Source of the DNA: Peribolospora baueri
Taxonomy: Eukaryota
Direction: 5' to 3'
NCBI GenBank assembly: GCA_029717555.1
Contig: JAMDHS010000049.1
Coordinates: 1 to 64,000 of the forward strand
Length of the DNA stretch: 64,000 nucleotides
The translations under genes were made by a program, and so were the position numbers. Each line of letters starts with the position of its first letter. Positions within the stretch are counted from its first letter, which is position 1. Below are positions 21,439 to 34,045 of the stretch, piece after piece. The notes under the pieces were generated by a model. It saw only the letters and a list, made by a program, of their open reading frames with translations. It ran no database searches and was not told the DNA's origin.

Positions 21439-23888
21439 TTACAGTTTGATGGTGACAAAACGCCGTATTAGCCTGTCCGTGATATAGCCGAACGGCGGCC
21501 AAAGACAACGAAAACAAACGTTAAAAGGTGTAGGTGTCAACGAAGACCGAACCCCAGCATTATCAGTACCAGATGATCGCAGTCAAGGATCAGGTCACTC
21601 ACATGTTGAAAACGGACCCAAAGAAGAGGGCAAGGATGGTGCTGGAGAGGATGATGACATTGTACGGCATGCTGAAGTCCGGCACGGCAAGCTCGAGTAG
21701 AGCGGTGGTGGTAAAAATCCTCGGGACATCCACGTCAACAAAGTTGGTTTTGAACGTTGCAGATCGAGGCCGCTCACTGACATCTTCGGATGAGGATGGT
21801 GGTAGAGGAATAATCACGGCAGGCGGCAGATCAAACCCTCGGTGCGCGTCGGGAGGGTGCTCGGTATACCTCAGGAAAGCCTTGTCAAAGTCGAACCTCA
21901 CTCGCACCGTGGAGCGTGGCGGCAGGTGTAGGCTTGCTTCTAGGAGCATCGGTCGAGAGCGAGTCACGGGCGGCTCGTAATGAAGGTCGAGGAGGAGGTC
22001 GTCTATGTTCGTGATGGCAATGGGGCAAAAGTTGTCTCAGCACAACAAGCTTGGGCACGATAGTCTCAGCGGAAAGGGAACGATGACGACCGCATAGTGT
22101 AGGTCAGGTAAGGGTCGGCAGCTCACCCCGGTCCTCGTCATTCAGCTTGACCTCCAAAGTGTGCAGATAAGGTTTCACCAGCCACGGGAGCTCTTCGAGA
22201 TAAGAGACGTTTCGCTCCTCTTCACCGGCGTTTCGAATGTCCACCTCAACCTTGCCGCGCTCCTGGCCGAAGCCGGTCAGTGCCCGTCGAGCCCAAAGAG
22301 GCGGCTCGGAAAATTGCGAGGCTGCGAATGGAGACCAAACGGCAAACGTGTCTGGGGAAGTTGCTCAATGCACTTGGCTACGAGTGCAAAAGACATGACT
22401 CACGAAAGTCGAAATGATGTTCGCTAGGCCATCGCATGTTGACATCTAGCTTCTGATCGTATCGGTCCACTGAAAGTATGAAGTCCAGTAGGATGTTAGT
22501 GGCACGGGCGCTCTGCGATCCCCTCGCAGTTGTTCTTCACCCTCACTCACGCGAGGTGCTATTGAAAATGACATCCTCCCCAGCTTCCGGTCGCTCCACC
22601 AGCGTTTCACGGTTGCTTCCGATCGTCCATTGTGGCACCTCGTCCGGCCATTGGGGCTGCGGTGTGCCAACACGAACTTGGGAGCTTGTCGCGATGGGGC
22701 AGGCACGAATCAGTTGACGATCGAAAAGAGATTCGAAGGACCAATCTACAGTTGGGTCGCGATATATTCGTGAGCATCTACCTGAGAGAGCATGTTGAGT
22801 AAAAAGACAGATAGACCGATCAAGATAACTCACCTCGCCTGCCTCGCGTTTGTCTGATGGGATCGAAAACGGCCTCGAAAGCCAGTCTAACCCTGACATC
22901 GCCGGAATCGTTCTCAAAGAAGTGAATGCCCATGCCATGGTAATCAGCGCTAAAGAGCTTGTGGGCATTCATTAGGCTCGCAAGGCCTGAAGCGTGTTTG
23001 CAAGGCAAGAGCTTGAGGAAAGGCGTGAGGTTTTCGGTGCAAACAGTCTCAGAAGGAAGAAACGCGTGCAAAAGCGTTTTAGGTCGGTCTGGCGAGAAGA
23101 AAATAAGGTCACAAAAATCAACCACGACATTCTTCTCCAAACAAATTAGAATAGGACAAGTGGCCCACCGTCCGATATATTAGCTTGCGGATGGAAGCCA
23201 GCGGTCGGCATAGTCGTCTTCGTATCGTCAATGGCATTTAGAGACGCGCAGAAGAGGCCGGCCAACGAGTTGGTCAAGCCTCGCCATCGTTGCTTGACCC
23301 TGAGAAGAACACAAAAAGGGGAAGCCCCATGGTGAGTGGTGCATTCAAAGCTGAGACGGAAAACTGACTGGACATACGTTTTTGTGCCGCCGTCCTCGAG
23401 CCACGCCAGGAGCTCTACGCCGGACGCCGTTCCGTCTTCGGCTGGGTAGCCCCATCTGAGGTAATCCCATCTCCCAGCGGTAAATGTCAAATGAAGCTCA
23501 GAGACAAAATGCGCCCTCAAGATCTGAGTGAGCGTCCGAGGAAGCAGCGTGTAGTGGGCTAGACGAACAGGTAAAGAAACGCTATGAGGCTCCGGCGGTC
23601 CATCCGGTTGAAGGTTGCGAATATGCGCATTCGTTAGCTCTCACCAGCTTTGCCCAAGCCTCCTGCTCCGTCATCTTGCCCACTTGGTGAAGCAGCGTCG
23701 ATGACAAACTCGAACCTCGTCTGAATCTTGCCGTCTGGCAAGCTCCGGAGGAAGAGCTCCTCATGGAACTGCTCACTGGAAACCGGGCCCGAAGAAACGT
23801 CGGCCGAGGTCGCGAGCTGGGCCAAGCCGAGGACGAGCAGCACGACGAGAAGGCAAAATGCCGAGGGCGCCGCTCGCAGCGGCAGCAT
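21439..23888 (-). CDS. GPI16: GPI transamidase subunit PIG-T/Gpi16 (multi-exon)
   Basis: Signal peptide, EQFHEELFLRSLPDG, ELHLTFTAGRW, LAGLFCASLN, LPSETVCTENLTPFLKLLPC, YTEHPPDAHRGFD, PDFSMPYNVIILSST; last exon LIRRFVTIKL*. Confidence 0.95.
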
Positions 23889-24104
23889 GTCCGGGCGATG
23901 TAAATGATGGTCGTCGTCGTTCTCCAAGCCGAGTCTTGCGTGCCGTCCGTGCGCGCGGCCTGTGCCTCACCTTCCGCAGTCGGGTCGCGTCGGCGACGAC
24001 GTCGCGCCAGACGAATTCAGATGAGACGACTTGCGAAGTCACGACTTGCTCAAACCCCATTACCCCTCGCGAGCGCCCGGGGGGCGAGATTGGATCTAGC
24101 AGTC

Positions 24105-27100
24105 ATGGACGCCTTGACATTTGCCAGTCCGGCAAAGATCCGCGTTCTGCTCATCCCCATCGGCGACATCTCCCGGGCAAAGTTCGATCGCTGGGCGGAG
24201 CTTGTCCGACGGTTTTCCAGCTTCAACCTCAGCGATTTGCCGACGAGTTCGCGAGACCCATGTGAGTGTAGAAGAAAAGGGAGAAAGAGGAGAGAGAGCT
24301 CGAGATGCGCAAGGCGAGATTGGAGACATGGAGCTCACAACCCCATCGCCACACCATGCCTCAGCCGCTTTGCAAGCCCGCGGCGAAGTGCTGGTCCACT
24401 ACTGCAACTCGTACGACAAGTCCCACTCTTTCCTCTCCCCCTTCAGCCTCCACCGTCAGGTGCTCGCCGTGCTCGGCATAGCAGACTGCTCTCCTCCGGC
24501 AAATGCGAGCACTTTCAATGGCGTTTCGGAGGCGCTTCGACTCGCTCACCCCCACGCTCTGGTGCATCGATGCTATGCCGTCGAGCAGTCCGCCGCGGAT
24601 CAACCAGAGGAGGCAAATGGATCGGGAGGAGGAGCTTCCGGCAAGCCGGAGGCGGGTCTGGTGGTTATTCCCAAACACGGGGATCCGAAAATGTATCTTT
24701 CCACGTTGCTGGGAGATATGGTTGGCAGTGTCATTGAGGGCTTGCATGCCTACGTAAGTGGACAACGCTCACATTCTACATTGCTCGAGGATCTGATGGC
24801 CCTGCTCATACTCTTTCCTTTCATACTTTTAGATTACTTCGCTCGAGAACACTCCTATGTCTACACCTCGCCCATCTCTCGACATGTCCGTCGCTCCCCC
24901 AGAGGCCTTCTCCCCTCCGCTTCTTTCCAGCTCGAAACGGTTCAGCATTCCACCACACCAGCTGAGCCGCTCGGGCTCCGGAGACTCAGTCACATCCACT
25001 GGTGCAACACCGTCGGCGTCTTCCGCCTCAACTTCTGCGAACAAGAAGGGTCGAGCTAATGCGCCGCCTCCCGTCATGGGCAACGGGCGGCATCTGAAAG
25101 TGCTCGCGGATGCGCACTTGCTAAGTGGAAGACTGAGCGATGCCATTTCCAGGTGAGCCGAGCTTTTTTATTTATTCATACAGGCCCTTTCCTCAGTTTA
25201 ATGAATCGACCCCATTTTGCAGCTACGAGACGTCCATCTCTTTCATGCCCAGGGAGAAGGCAATCGCCGGGGGCTTCAATGCGCCATGGTATGCCTCCGC
25301 GCTGGAAGGTCTTGCAGTGGCACGAGTGCTGGTGGAGAGGCAATTTCAGCTAGAACAAGGCATCAAGAGCCAGGTGCGTTCGCTGTGGGCGCCAGACAAA
25401 GGGCCGTTTTGGTGTGATTCTACGTTCCACTCACACTTGCTGATTTCGATACTCAGCGGCATGGAAGTTCGGCACCGACTGTCCCTTCCAAGGATAAGAA
25501 AGAAGAAGTTACGATCAGTGACACCTGGAGAGACATTGTGGATATCTATATGCAAGCTGTCTCTGTCTACAGCAAGTCTCTCGCGCCTCTTCACGAGTCG
25601 CAGGTCCATGCAGAACACACCCATCCACTTCTGCACTCAGAGGCTTGCATTGCGCTTTCCCACCTTCTCCTTGCAGTCTGGTCATGTCCTGGCTGGACGA
25701 CTGCGACATTCGACTTTCTTCTTTACGGTGGTCGACCGCCACCTTTCGCCGACGGAGTACCGGACCTGTACACGCTCGTGAAGCTGTCAGCTCGAACAGG
25801 CGTACCGCGGACGGAAATAGCCGACTCCGCCGCTCAGGCATACAACCCCTCGTTTTCGGCCTTGCGAGCGCCAGACCAGGTCCGCATTCTTTCCAGTATC
25901 GCGAACGTCTACGGGTGCATCGGTTTCAAGAGGCGGGAGGCCTTCTTCCTCCGACAGCTTTCATTTACCGTCACGCAACTGCTGATCCGCAACCGCCCGT
26001 CGAGCGGCACCAATTCAGCCGCCATACCCGGCTCTGGAGACGCGACTCCCAAGAAGAACAAGACTGGTCCGGCGAGCCTGTTAGTCTTGCAAGAGCAAGC
26101 AAAGCTGAATGGCAACGAAAGCATACTGGATATGATCAGGACCTGCTTCAAGGCTTACGGCATGTCTGTGGATGATGAAAGGGCCAGAAAGGTTGATCTT
26201 GCCGAGCCTGCCGCAAGGCCCCCTGACATTCTTCCACCTAGGTTTGGCTGGGCGGATCTCCAAGTCCGATTTTTGGAGGAGGCAGTCGCCATTGCCGAAC
26301 AGCTCTCAGGTAAGAATGGCCAGCAATGGGACCTTGCGTTGACAGTTCATGCACAGCCTGATTGATATGTTATGGATCCTGTCCGCAGACTACTCCTTCG
26401 TCCTAAAATTCGTCATATACCTCGTTCGCGAGCACTTCGCGTTCCTGAAGGCAGAGGACCAGTTTCGACTCGTCTCTGGCGCCATGCGAATTTTAGCTAT
26501 GGCTAGGCGACGGAGCACAGGCTCCATCGAGTTGGATTACTACGGCCCGTCCAAGCCGATTCTCGGCATTGAGGTCTCACCGTGAGTATACGTGATATGG
26601 TGAAACCGTCCGTCGCAGAAGCTCTGCATGTTCAAAGTCTTCCCTTAATTGAGCAGATTGCCGCCGAACAAGTATCCTTATGAGCAAGCCCTTTCAGATG
26701 TAGCTCCCGATGGCCGAGTTTCTGAGCTCGCCAGTAGAACAGATCCGTTACTTTATAACCCTCGGTTTAAGGGGAAAATAGCCTCCAAGGTGGGTATCTT
26801 CGAATGGTCTTATCAGCCAAGCCTTCAGCCGTACGTCTTACAGGAACGTCTTTGCTTTGGTCACAGACAATACTTATTCAAAACGAGCTCGCTGAGGTCA
26901 CTGTGACGTTCGTTAACCCTCTGTCGATTCCACTAGATTTCGATAGCATACAGCTGAGGTAAGCGTTCTTCTTTCGACAACTTGAGTCTCTCCCGCTTTG
27001 TGTCTCATTTAACAGTGATCGGGTCCTTTTTTTTTCCGCCAGCACGACTGGTGCTGCTTTCACATCTCACACCGTCTCCGCGACTATCCCGCCCAACTCG

Positions 27101-29401
27101 TTTCATCCCGTTCGGGTCACCGGTGTCCCCACCGAGACTGGGGCGGTGGTTATTCGGGGATGCAAAGCGCGACTTTCTTGCTCGTCGGAGCGCGAATTTC
27201 TCGTCCCGGTCGAGACGGAGGCTAAGTCGAAAGAGCGAGCGATCAAGCTCGACGAGGCCAATGACCAATCTCTACGGCTGAAGCGTTGGGGCCTGGATGT
27301 ACGCACGAGCGAAGATGCCCCTTCGCACAGCAAGAGGGGCTCGTCTCGGAAGTCGGTTCCCGTTCCGGACGAGTTCCTTGAATGCACCGTGGTTCCCGAG
27401 CAACCACTTCTTCGGGTCGACTCATCTACGCTCATGCACGGCGCGCTAATGCTATTCGATGGGGAGCGGTGAGTAGGGCCTGAGAATTACACGCTACCTC
27501 ATGGCTGATGACGACTTGTGGACGCAGGACATCAATTCGCATCAAGCTGGAGAACACGTCTCCTTTTCCTATCGACTTTGTCAAGGTCTCTTTCCAAGAC
27601 TCGCTCACCGAGGCTACGCAGCTCGCGTTGGACGACGGCGATTTAAGCCCGTTAGACGTCTACGAACTCGAATACGACCTCATCCATCGACCAGTCTTTA
27701 CTCACGACAAGGCCACCAACCGGATCCAAATCCCTGCGCATTCTAGTGTCGTGCTGAAGGTCCGATGCTTGGGCAAGCTCGACTGGTGGGTTGCGATACC
27801 TGTGTCATGATTGGTGATTCGCTTCTTACGTCTCTGTCTTTGGGGTACCTCAGCGCCACTGGCACAATCCAGGTCGACTATGCACTCGTGAACCGCCCAG
27901 GCCTCGCACAGCCTTCGCTCTTCTATACCCGTCAACTCCTCATTCCCGTCACTTTGTCCGTCCATCAGATCCTCGACATTCAATCCTTTGATATTCTTCC
28001 GCTGAATCGCTCAACAGCGCGAAACTTGTGTACTGAAAGTGCTCGACACGGTCACGGGGTCTCAGATGCGGATGCGTCTCTGTCGACAGCCCTTGCAGAG
28101 AAAAGCGACGACGGATACTGTCTGCTCGTTGCGGACATGCGCAATGTTTATGGCTCGCCTTTCGAAGTCACCTTCGAGCGTATTGATGGTAAGTGCCTCT
28201 CCTGACCCATTTCTCCTGGCCTCCTAGTCGTCTTCATTAGTCCCGAGGAACTGAGTAATTATCTCCTTGACTTTATTGGACGTCGTTTGCGACAGACCCA
28301 GATGCACCATTCATGACTATTCGTACGATACCGCCAGGAGCGACCTTGCGTTTTCTGGTGCCGTTACGAAGGTTCAGGCTGGACGGTAAAGTTACTGGCG
28401 AGCCGGTGCCGGCGTTGACCGAGCGGCAATTTGTCGTAGCGAAGGAGAAACGGAGCCGGATGGAGGAAAGAGACGCGCGGAAGTTGTTCTGGTACAGGGA
28501 GGAGCTGCTTAAAAGGCTTCGGGCGAGTTGGAAAGAGGTGAGAGCAGTCCGTAATTGTTTGATTCGTTGGGAGCTCGTCTTGTTCCGGAGACAACTAAAT
28601 TCTACCCTCGCTTTCGCTGCTCATGCTCAGCCGCATACCGGTCGAACGGGCAGGTTCACGTTGAGGTCCTTGACCTTGTCGAAACCGATGCTCCATGTCT
28701 TACAAGAGGACGATCTGTCCATCACATTGTCACTTCGGCCGAGTACGGCGGTCTCGGCGACGTCGTCTGTGGTGCAAGAATCTGAAGAAATGGCCTCGAA
28801 AGAATCGCTGGGACGCGCATACATCGTCCAAGCTGAAGAGTTTGTCGAAGTGTTCACCAGGGTGGTTAATCGAGGTCGTAAGTTTTCCGCAGATTTTTCC
28901 TGCCAACTTCATGAGCCGCTTTGCACTTTCGATGACCTTTTGCTGAGTCTGGCAACGGTATCTTTCGTTTGTCCGGCAGCTCGACCTCTGAAGCTGCTTC
29001 ACCGTCTACAAGCACTTCCTGCCTCTTCTCAAGCCTCTTCGTCCATGAACACCTCTTGGCCACCGCCTCAGCCAGACCCTTTTATCTCCTCGCATTTGAT
29101 CGTCTCTGGCTCGCTCTCTTCCCCTCTTCAGTCCTGGCCTCTGGCCATCGGTGATGAAGGCACGGCAGTCACTCGAATCTGCTTCCTGGCCGAAGGTGAC
29201 TACGAGTTCGCCAGCGCCGTGGAAGAAGTACGGGAAGGTGCTCGACGGCCGGGTAAGGCGGACGAGACCTCCAGTGGAAAAGCGGCAGAAGAAGGAGCCG
29301 AAGCAGAGGGCGAAAGGGTGGTCCAGGTCAGCACCGAACCCCTCAGAGTGAGGGTGTTTGCAGCCGAGGCAGGCGCAGGGGAGGTCGGATCGGCCCCTTG
29401 A
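24105..29401 (+). CDS. TRS120: TRAPP II subunit Trs120/TRAPPC9 (multi-exon)
   Basis: ASPAKIRVLLIPIG, PFSLHRQVLAVLGIAD, GRHLKVLADAHLLSGR, WYASALEG, GFKRREAFFLR, FGWADLQ, ALMLFDGE, RQFVV, FWYREELLKRL. Confidence 0.9.
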
Positions 29402-29593
29402 TCTGTTCCGTATCATCTCCTTTCGGTCTGTCCGACTGTTTGCTATTCTCGTCGTGCGCTTAGCATGCTCCTTGTTTTATCGTGGCGCATTCCCTGATCC
29501 GATCGCATACCCTGAAATGGAGAGACGGTTCTGCACCTTCTTCCCCTCTGCCTCAGAGGCTCCGCCCTTAACTGGTATGCTAACCTAAGTGAC

Positions 29594-30070
29594 TGTCAAG
29601 AAGGGCGGAGGTGGAGAACTAGACCGGAATGGGGGGTTGCTCGGAACCTCTTCCATCCTGTAAAAAACAAGAAGTAGGGTTATAGGACTGGAGGACTGGA
29701 GGGTGGACACCAGGAGGCAATGCAGGGAAGAGTCGAGGGACCACCAAGGGCAAGGCAGGCAGGGGAATAGCAAATGAACAAGAGCAACGAGAGAACCTGA
29801 GGGGTGACAGCACTCGGATTTTGAGGGATCTTCAGGGAAGGGAGTGAGGAGAGGCTCTTTATATACACGAGGTCCGGAGCAACATCTAATCAACTGAAAG
29901 GGAGATGGAGTTGACTCTTTTATTTGATCGGTAAAATTAACGAGCAATCTCCGAGTGGCAGCAGCCATCTGACCTGAGCAAAGGGCTGCCCTCGTACGAT
30001 ACGAGGAAGGGCCTCCTAGGTCTTGATCCCTCAGAGCCGGTTGGACTTCGATATAGGGCCCGAGTACAGT
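29594..30070 (-). mobile_element. Second LTR-like relic related to 20223-20590 (right boundary uncertain)
   Basis: Starts TGTCA. Shares AACCTGAG[C/G]GGTGACA (29794-29809 vs 20407-20422) and CTCTTTATATACACGA (29855-29870 vs 20470-20485) at similar spacing. Confidence 0.55.
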
Positions 30071-30370
30071 TTCGAGTAAATCGTCAGATTGGATTGGAAA
30101 GCGTGCTCGAGAAAATACAATGTGCCTATCGGGGATCTCACGGCGGGCGAATGCGAGAGGAAGAATGGAATGGGAAGGAGGGGCAAAGGACGAGGAAGGG
30201 TCGTCGAAGAGACTGGAAAGTAGAAGCGAAAGAGAAACACCACTGGAATATGATATGTATAAGAAGGCCTCCGTCCCTGGAACGGGGCTAAGCGAATTGG
30301 GAAATCTTGACTTGCGGAACACCTCGAACGACGCGGTGAAGCGGCGAACGGAGCAGCCACTCGACCGGAA

Positions 30371-33300
30371 CTAGAAGGCAGCCTCAAGGATGAGTTTGTC
30401 CTTCGCGACGCTGAAGCAAGCCTGCATGTCTCTCTCATTTTTGATGCTTCTACCGTGCCACTGCCTGGCCTCTGATCCGTCTCCCACTCTGACCACCCTG
30501 AGGCCCTTGATGGGCATATCCGGCGTCCGTCCAGGCTTCGAGCGTTGCCCAGCCCGCTGCTCATGCCCCGCGCCGCCGCGGCTTTGAGCCGACGACTTTA
30601 AATTGGTATCCAACCTGCGCTTGATCTTCTCGACGAGCAAAGGGAAAGTGATATCGCCTGGATCGACGCGGATGGCGATGATGTGCTCGTCGCAATTGTT
30701 GAACACCTTGATTTTGATCCCGCCCTTCGGCGGCGCCTGCAACCCACCACCGCCCGTCCCCGAGGAGATGCCGACCTCCGGCCCCCTTCCACCGAAATAA
30801 CCCCGAGTGTCCGAGACCGAGGTGACCACTTGCTCTTGGGCCTCCTCGCCATCCTCCGAATGCCGGACGTCCGCGGGGACACTGTCGGGTCGTTCATCGC
30901 GTTCATGTCCCACCTGGGGCAGCGGAGAAGCCGTCCTAGACACAGAGCCAGGCAAGCGAACGTTCCGAGTGTCCGGTGACCGCACTGCTGCCGGACCCGA
31001 CGTTGACCCTGGCACAGGCGGAAGCGTCTGTTGAGGCGGAGGCGGAGCGGGGGGAAGCGTCCGACCGCCGCGGGTCGCCTCTGCATGAGGAGAAAGAGGA
31101 GCAAGTGGCTCGTCCGAAACAGCCCTCCTATTCATGGCCGTCGCCGGCACGGAGAGGGACACTGCCGGTTCAGAGGGTCTGCGCCGCTGACCAAGGTCTC
31201 CGGAGAGCTGCGAAGCTTGCAAAACTGCGGGCTCGGACGGCCTGCGCAACTGAGATGAAGCGGTGATGTCGACGCTCTGGGAAAGCTTGTGACTAGTTGG
31301 GGTACGGGGCAAGATGGCAAAGACGGGAGGAGCGGGGACAATGTTGCTGCTGTTGCGCGTCGATTCAAACTTTGGCCGCGGCGGGGATAGCGTGGAGTGG
31401 GCCAGCAGATTGTCGTTGCTATAGCACCTGCGCAACGGCCCGCCCTCACCCCCGGCGCCCCCATGTGGGTTCGATCCTTGGCGCTCGTACCCGGGATCGT
31501 CCAAGATCTCATCCGGCGTGGGGCAGGCAAAGTCGAGCTCGAGTGCTCGGGCCGTCTGCCCGTTGCCCTGTTGATGATTAGACCGGGACGATGGAAACTG
31601 GAGCTTGGTAGAAGCCATCGGCGCGAGGAGGAGCTGCTTTCGCGTGGCGAATTGGCCGGACATTTGGCTGGAGACGGTGTACGAGGTGGAGACAGAGTCG
31701 ATGCTCGAACTCGAGTCGGACCGATGGTGGGTCATGTAAGGCGGCCTTCCCCCGCCCCCGTTGTCGGACATGGAAGAAATAGAGCCGGACCTCTGCCGTG
31801 AACCTTCGAGGGAGCCGAGGCCGACGCCGGCGCCGCCACCGAGCGCCGAGTCGGATCGGTTGGAGTTGGAGCTGTACGTTTGGAAAGGTCGTCCGTACTG
31901 CTTCCCCTGGGCGCGAGGCGACTCTTCGTACACACCTGCCCACACATCGCGGAGTCCCGGCGTCGTCGACGAACCTGAATCGCGATAATGGCCGACCGGC
32001 CCGGACCCGGACCCGGGCGGACGGACGGGTCGAGCGGGGCCGGAGCCCGTCCTGCCGCCTTGACGAGAGGAGGGCACTGCGACATATCCAGAGTCGCTGA
32101 AAGAAGAAGAGCCGAAGCCGACGGAGCCGGAGCTGGAAGAGCTGTCGGTGCGCCGGTGATGACTAGGCCGGCTGCTGGATTCGGGTTCGGATGCCAAGCT
32201 AGCTCGCGGGGAGGGTGCCGGCGACGGGCTGTAGTCCCGTTTTCCAGCGGCATCAGCGCCGGCACTGAGGGAGCCTAGAGTGCTCGTGGTAGGATCGGAT
32301 GCGCCCCTGCGGGCCAGATTCGTGAGCGCGTCTGATGGCGAGGCGAGGAACTCGACATGAGGCACCTCCACGTACACGCCCTCTTCATCCTCTACACGCT
32401 CTCCATACCTGGCCCCAATGTACCCGTGTCTTCTCCCACTGCCTTCGGACTCGCTCCCTCTCTCTCTTAAACCGCCGTAGGCCGAAGAGGGAACGACCAT
32501 CTCCTCCGGCGAGTCGGCCAGACCGTCGTACGCATCGCTGCAATTCGTCCTATTGTTCTCCGCCGTCGCCGCTGCCGCCGAACGGCCCGCGGGAGAAGGG
32601 ACGTTAAGGCTGGAGAGATCCGGAGAGCTGCTACTCGTCAGCTCAGGGCTAGAAGCCGAATACACGCCATGTTGTTGCGCCGCCGTTGTTGCAGGAGCGT
32701 GCGCTCGCGCCAAGGCCGGCCCAGGTGGCCCGTGTCCCATGTCCGCGTCCGTCCTAAACGGGGAACGCCTGCCGATGATCGCCTGTGGGATCTCCCCGGC
32801 CATCTGTTCTCGCGCCGCGGCGGCCTGAAGATCGGCGGTCGACGAGTTCTTGTGAAGACCGAGGAAACCGGTGAGCGATCCGGAGACCTTGCGGTTCCGG
32901 AACCCTCCCCCAACGCTGCCTCCTGGAGGCGCCTTCTTCAGCGTCGCCGAGCGTGTCTCCCTCGTCATCTCGTCGAATGAGAGGGAGGGACGATGGGATA
33001 GGACGGGGCTCTCGACCTTCTCCATGCTTTCCCGCCCGTCCTGCCATTCCTCATCGTAATGCTCCCCCTGCGCCCGCGCGTCCTGCGGCCCGGACGTGAA
33101 GGAGAGGCTCAGCTCGGGGTTGGACCGGTTGGGAGTGGCGGTGTATCGACGGTCTTGGAGAGTGTCCGAGTGGACGGGACGCGTGCGTTGCTCCTGCACG
33201 CTGTAGAAGCGCGGGCCACGGCTCATGTCGGCGGACGTGCTGCTAGTTGTGCGGTGATGATCGAGGTACGGCGGTCGACGAGAGCGGGCCGGCTCGGCAT

Positions 33301-34045
33301 TAAAGCCTTGAGAGGTACCGGGGCGGTCGATGGATGGGCGAACAGAGAGGCTCGACTGTGAGAAACTTGGCCTAGGCCTAGCATCCTCCTCAGACAGGTC
33401 ATTCCTCCGCGCTGGAGGTCGTTTGTGTAGCCGAGTGTGAGAGTCGATCATGGACAGCGGAGGAAGGCCCGCCGCCGCAGGATGGCTCGCCGCTGCGGCT
33501 GTGGTGTTGAATGGCGAGATGTCCTCCCTGCCGGCGAAACCCGCCGCGAGACCGGCGTCGTCTTTCCACACTCCAAAAAAATCCCTCACGAGCTTGTCCT
33601 CGCCTACGATCCTACCCCCCTTGTCGAAAAGTTTGCGCACCCACTTGTCCACCGCCTCCTGCCGGGCGACGATGCTGGACTTGCTCGAGAACCCAATGTT
33701 GTACTTGTTCTTGAGCCTCGGCACGTCGCCGCCGTTGATGTGGGGAAGAGCGGTGTAGAGCATCTCGTCGAGCTGGAGAAAGTCCTCGTAGCGTCGGTAG
33801 ACGACATAGCGCTGACCAGGCTGCGTACGGCCGCTCTTGCTCGAAAAGGTCGCAGCAGGCTGGACGAAGCATGGATAGACGACCTTGCCGTGCGCCTTTT
33901 CGAAGCCTGTCACCTTGACAGATTCGAGGGGTGGTGCGATGCGGTAAGAACCTTTGCGGTCCGACCGCGACGAGCGGGAGGAGCGGGCGGACGCGCTGTC
34001 GGATAGGCTGGACAGGCCGCTGACGATGGACGACACGGACGACAT
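30371..34045 (-). CDS. Intronless 1224-aa protein: N-terminal PX domain, long disordered Ser/Pro-rich middle, possible C-terminal PB1-like domain
   Basis: VKVTGFEK...YVVYRRYEDFLQLDEML...VPRL...RQEAVDKWVRKL...VRDFF fits PX. IKIKVF...IIAIRV...ITFPLLVEKIKRRL...IKNERDM resembles PB1. Confidence 0.8.
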   Translation of the reverse strand: MSSVSSIVSGLSSLSDSASARSSRSSRSDRKGSYRIAPPLESVKVTGFEKAHGKVVYPCFVQPAATFSSKSGRTQPGQRYVVYRRYEDFLQLDEMLYTALPHINGGDVPRLKNKYNIGFSSKSSIVARQEAVDKWVRKLFDKGGRIVGEDKLVRDFFGVWKDDAGLAAGFAGREDISPFNTTAAAASHPAAAGLPPLSMIDSHTRLHKRPPARRNDLSEEDARPRPSFSQSSLSVRPSIDRPGTSQGFNAEPARSRRPPYLDHHRTTSSTSADMSRGPRFYSVQEQRTRPVHSDTLQDRRYTATPNRSNPELSLSFTSGPQDARAQGEHYDEEWQDGRESMEKVESPVLSHRPSLSFDEMTRETRSATLKKAPPGGSVGGGFRNRKVSGSLTGFLGLHKNSSTADLQAAAAREQMAGEIPQAIIGRRSPFRTDADMGHGPPGPALARAHAPATTAAQQHGVYSASSPELTSSSSPDLSSLNVPSPAGRSAAAATAENNRTNCSDAYDGLADSPEEMVVPSSAYGGLRERGSESEGSGRRHGYIGARYGERVEDEEGVYVEVPHVEFLASPSDALTNLARRGASDPTTSTLGSLSAGADAAGKRDYSPSPAPSPRASLASEPESSSRPSHHRRTDSSSSSGSVGFGSSSFSDSGYVAVPSSRQGGRTGSGPARPVRPPGSGSGPVGHYRDSGSSTTPGLRDVWAGVYEESPRAQGKQYGRPFQTYSSNSNRSDSALGGGAGVGLGSLEGSRQRSGSISSMSDNGGGGRPPYMTHHRSDSSSSIDSVSTSYTVSSQMSGQFATRKQLLLAPMASTKLQFPSSRSNHQQGNGQTARALELDFACPTPDEILDDPGYERQGSNPHGGAGGEGGPLRRCYSNDNLLAHSTLSPPRPKFESTRNSSNIVPAPPVFAILPRTPTSHKLSQSVDITASSQLRRPSEPAVLQASQLSGDLGQRRRPSEPAVSLSVPATAMNRRAVSDEPLAPLSPHAEATRGGRTLPPAPPPPQQTLPPVPGSTSGPAAVRSPDTRNVRLPGSVSRTASPLPQVGHERDERPDSVPADVRHSEDGEEAQEQVVTSVSDTRGYFGGRGPEVGISSGTGGGGLQAPPKGGIKIKVFNNCDEHIIAIRVDPGDITFPLLVEKIKRRLDTNLKSSAQSRGGAGHEQRAGQRSKPGRTPDMPIKGLRVVRVGDGSEARQWHGRSIKNERDMQACFSVAKDKLILEAAF

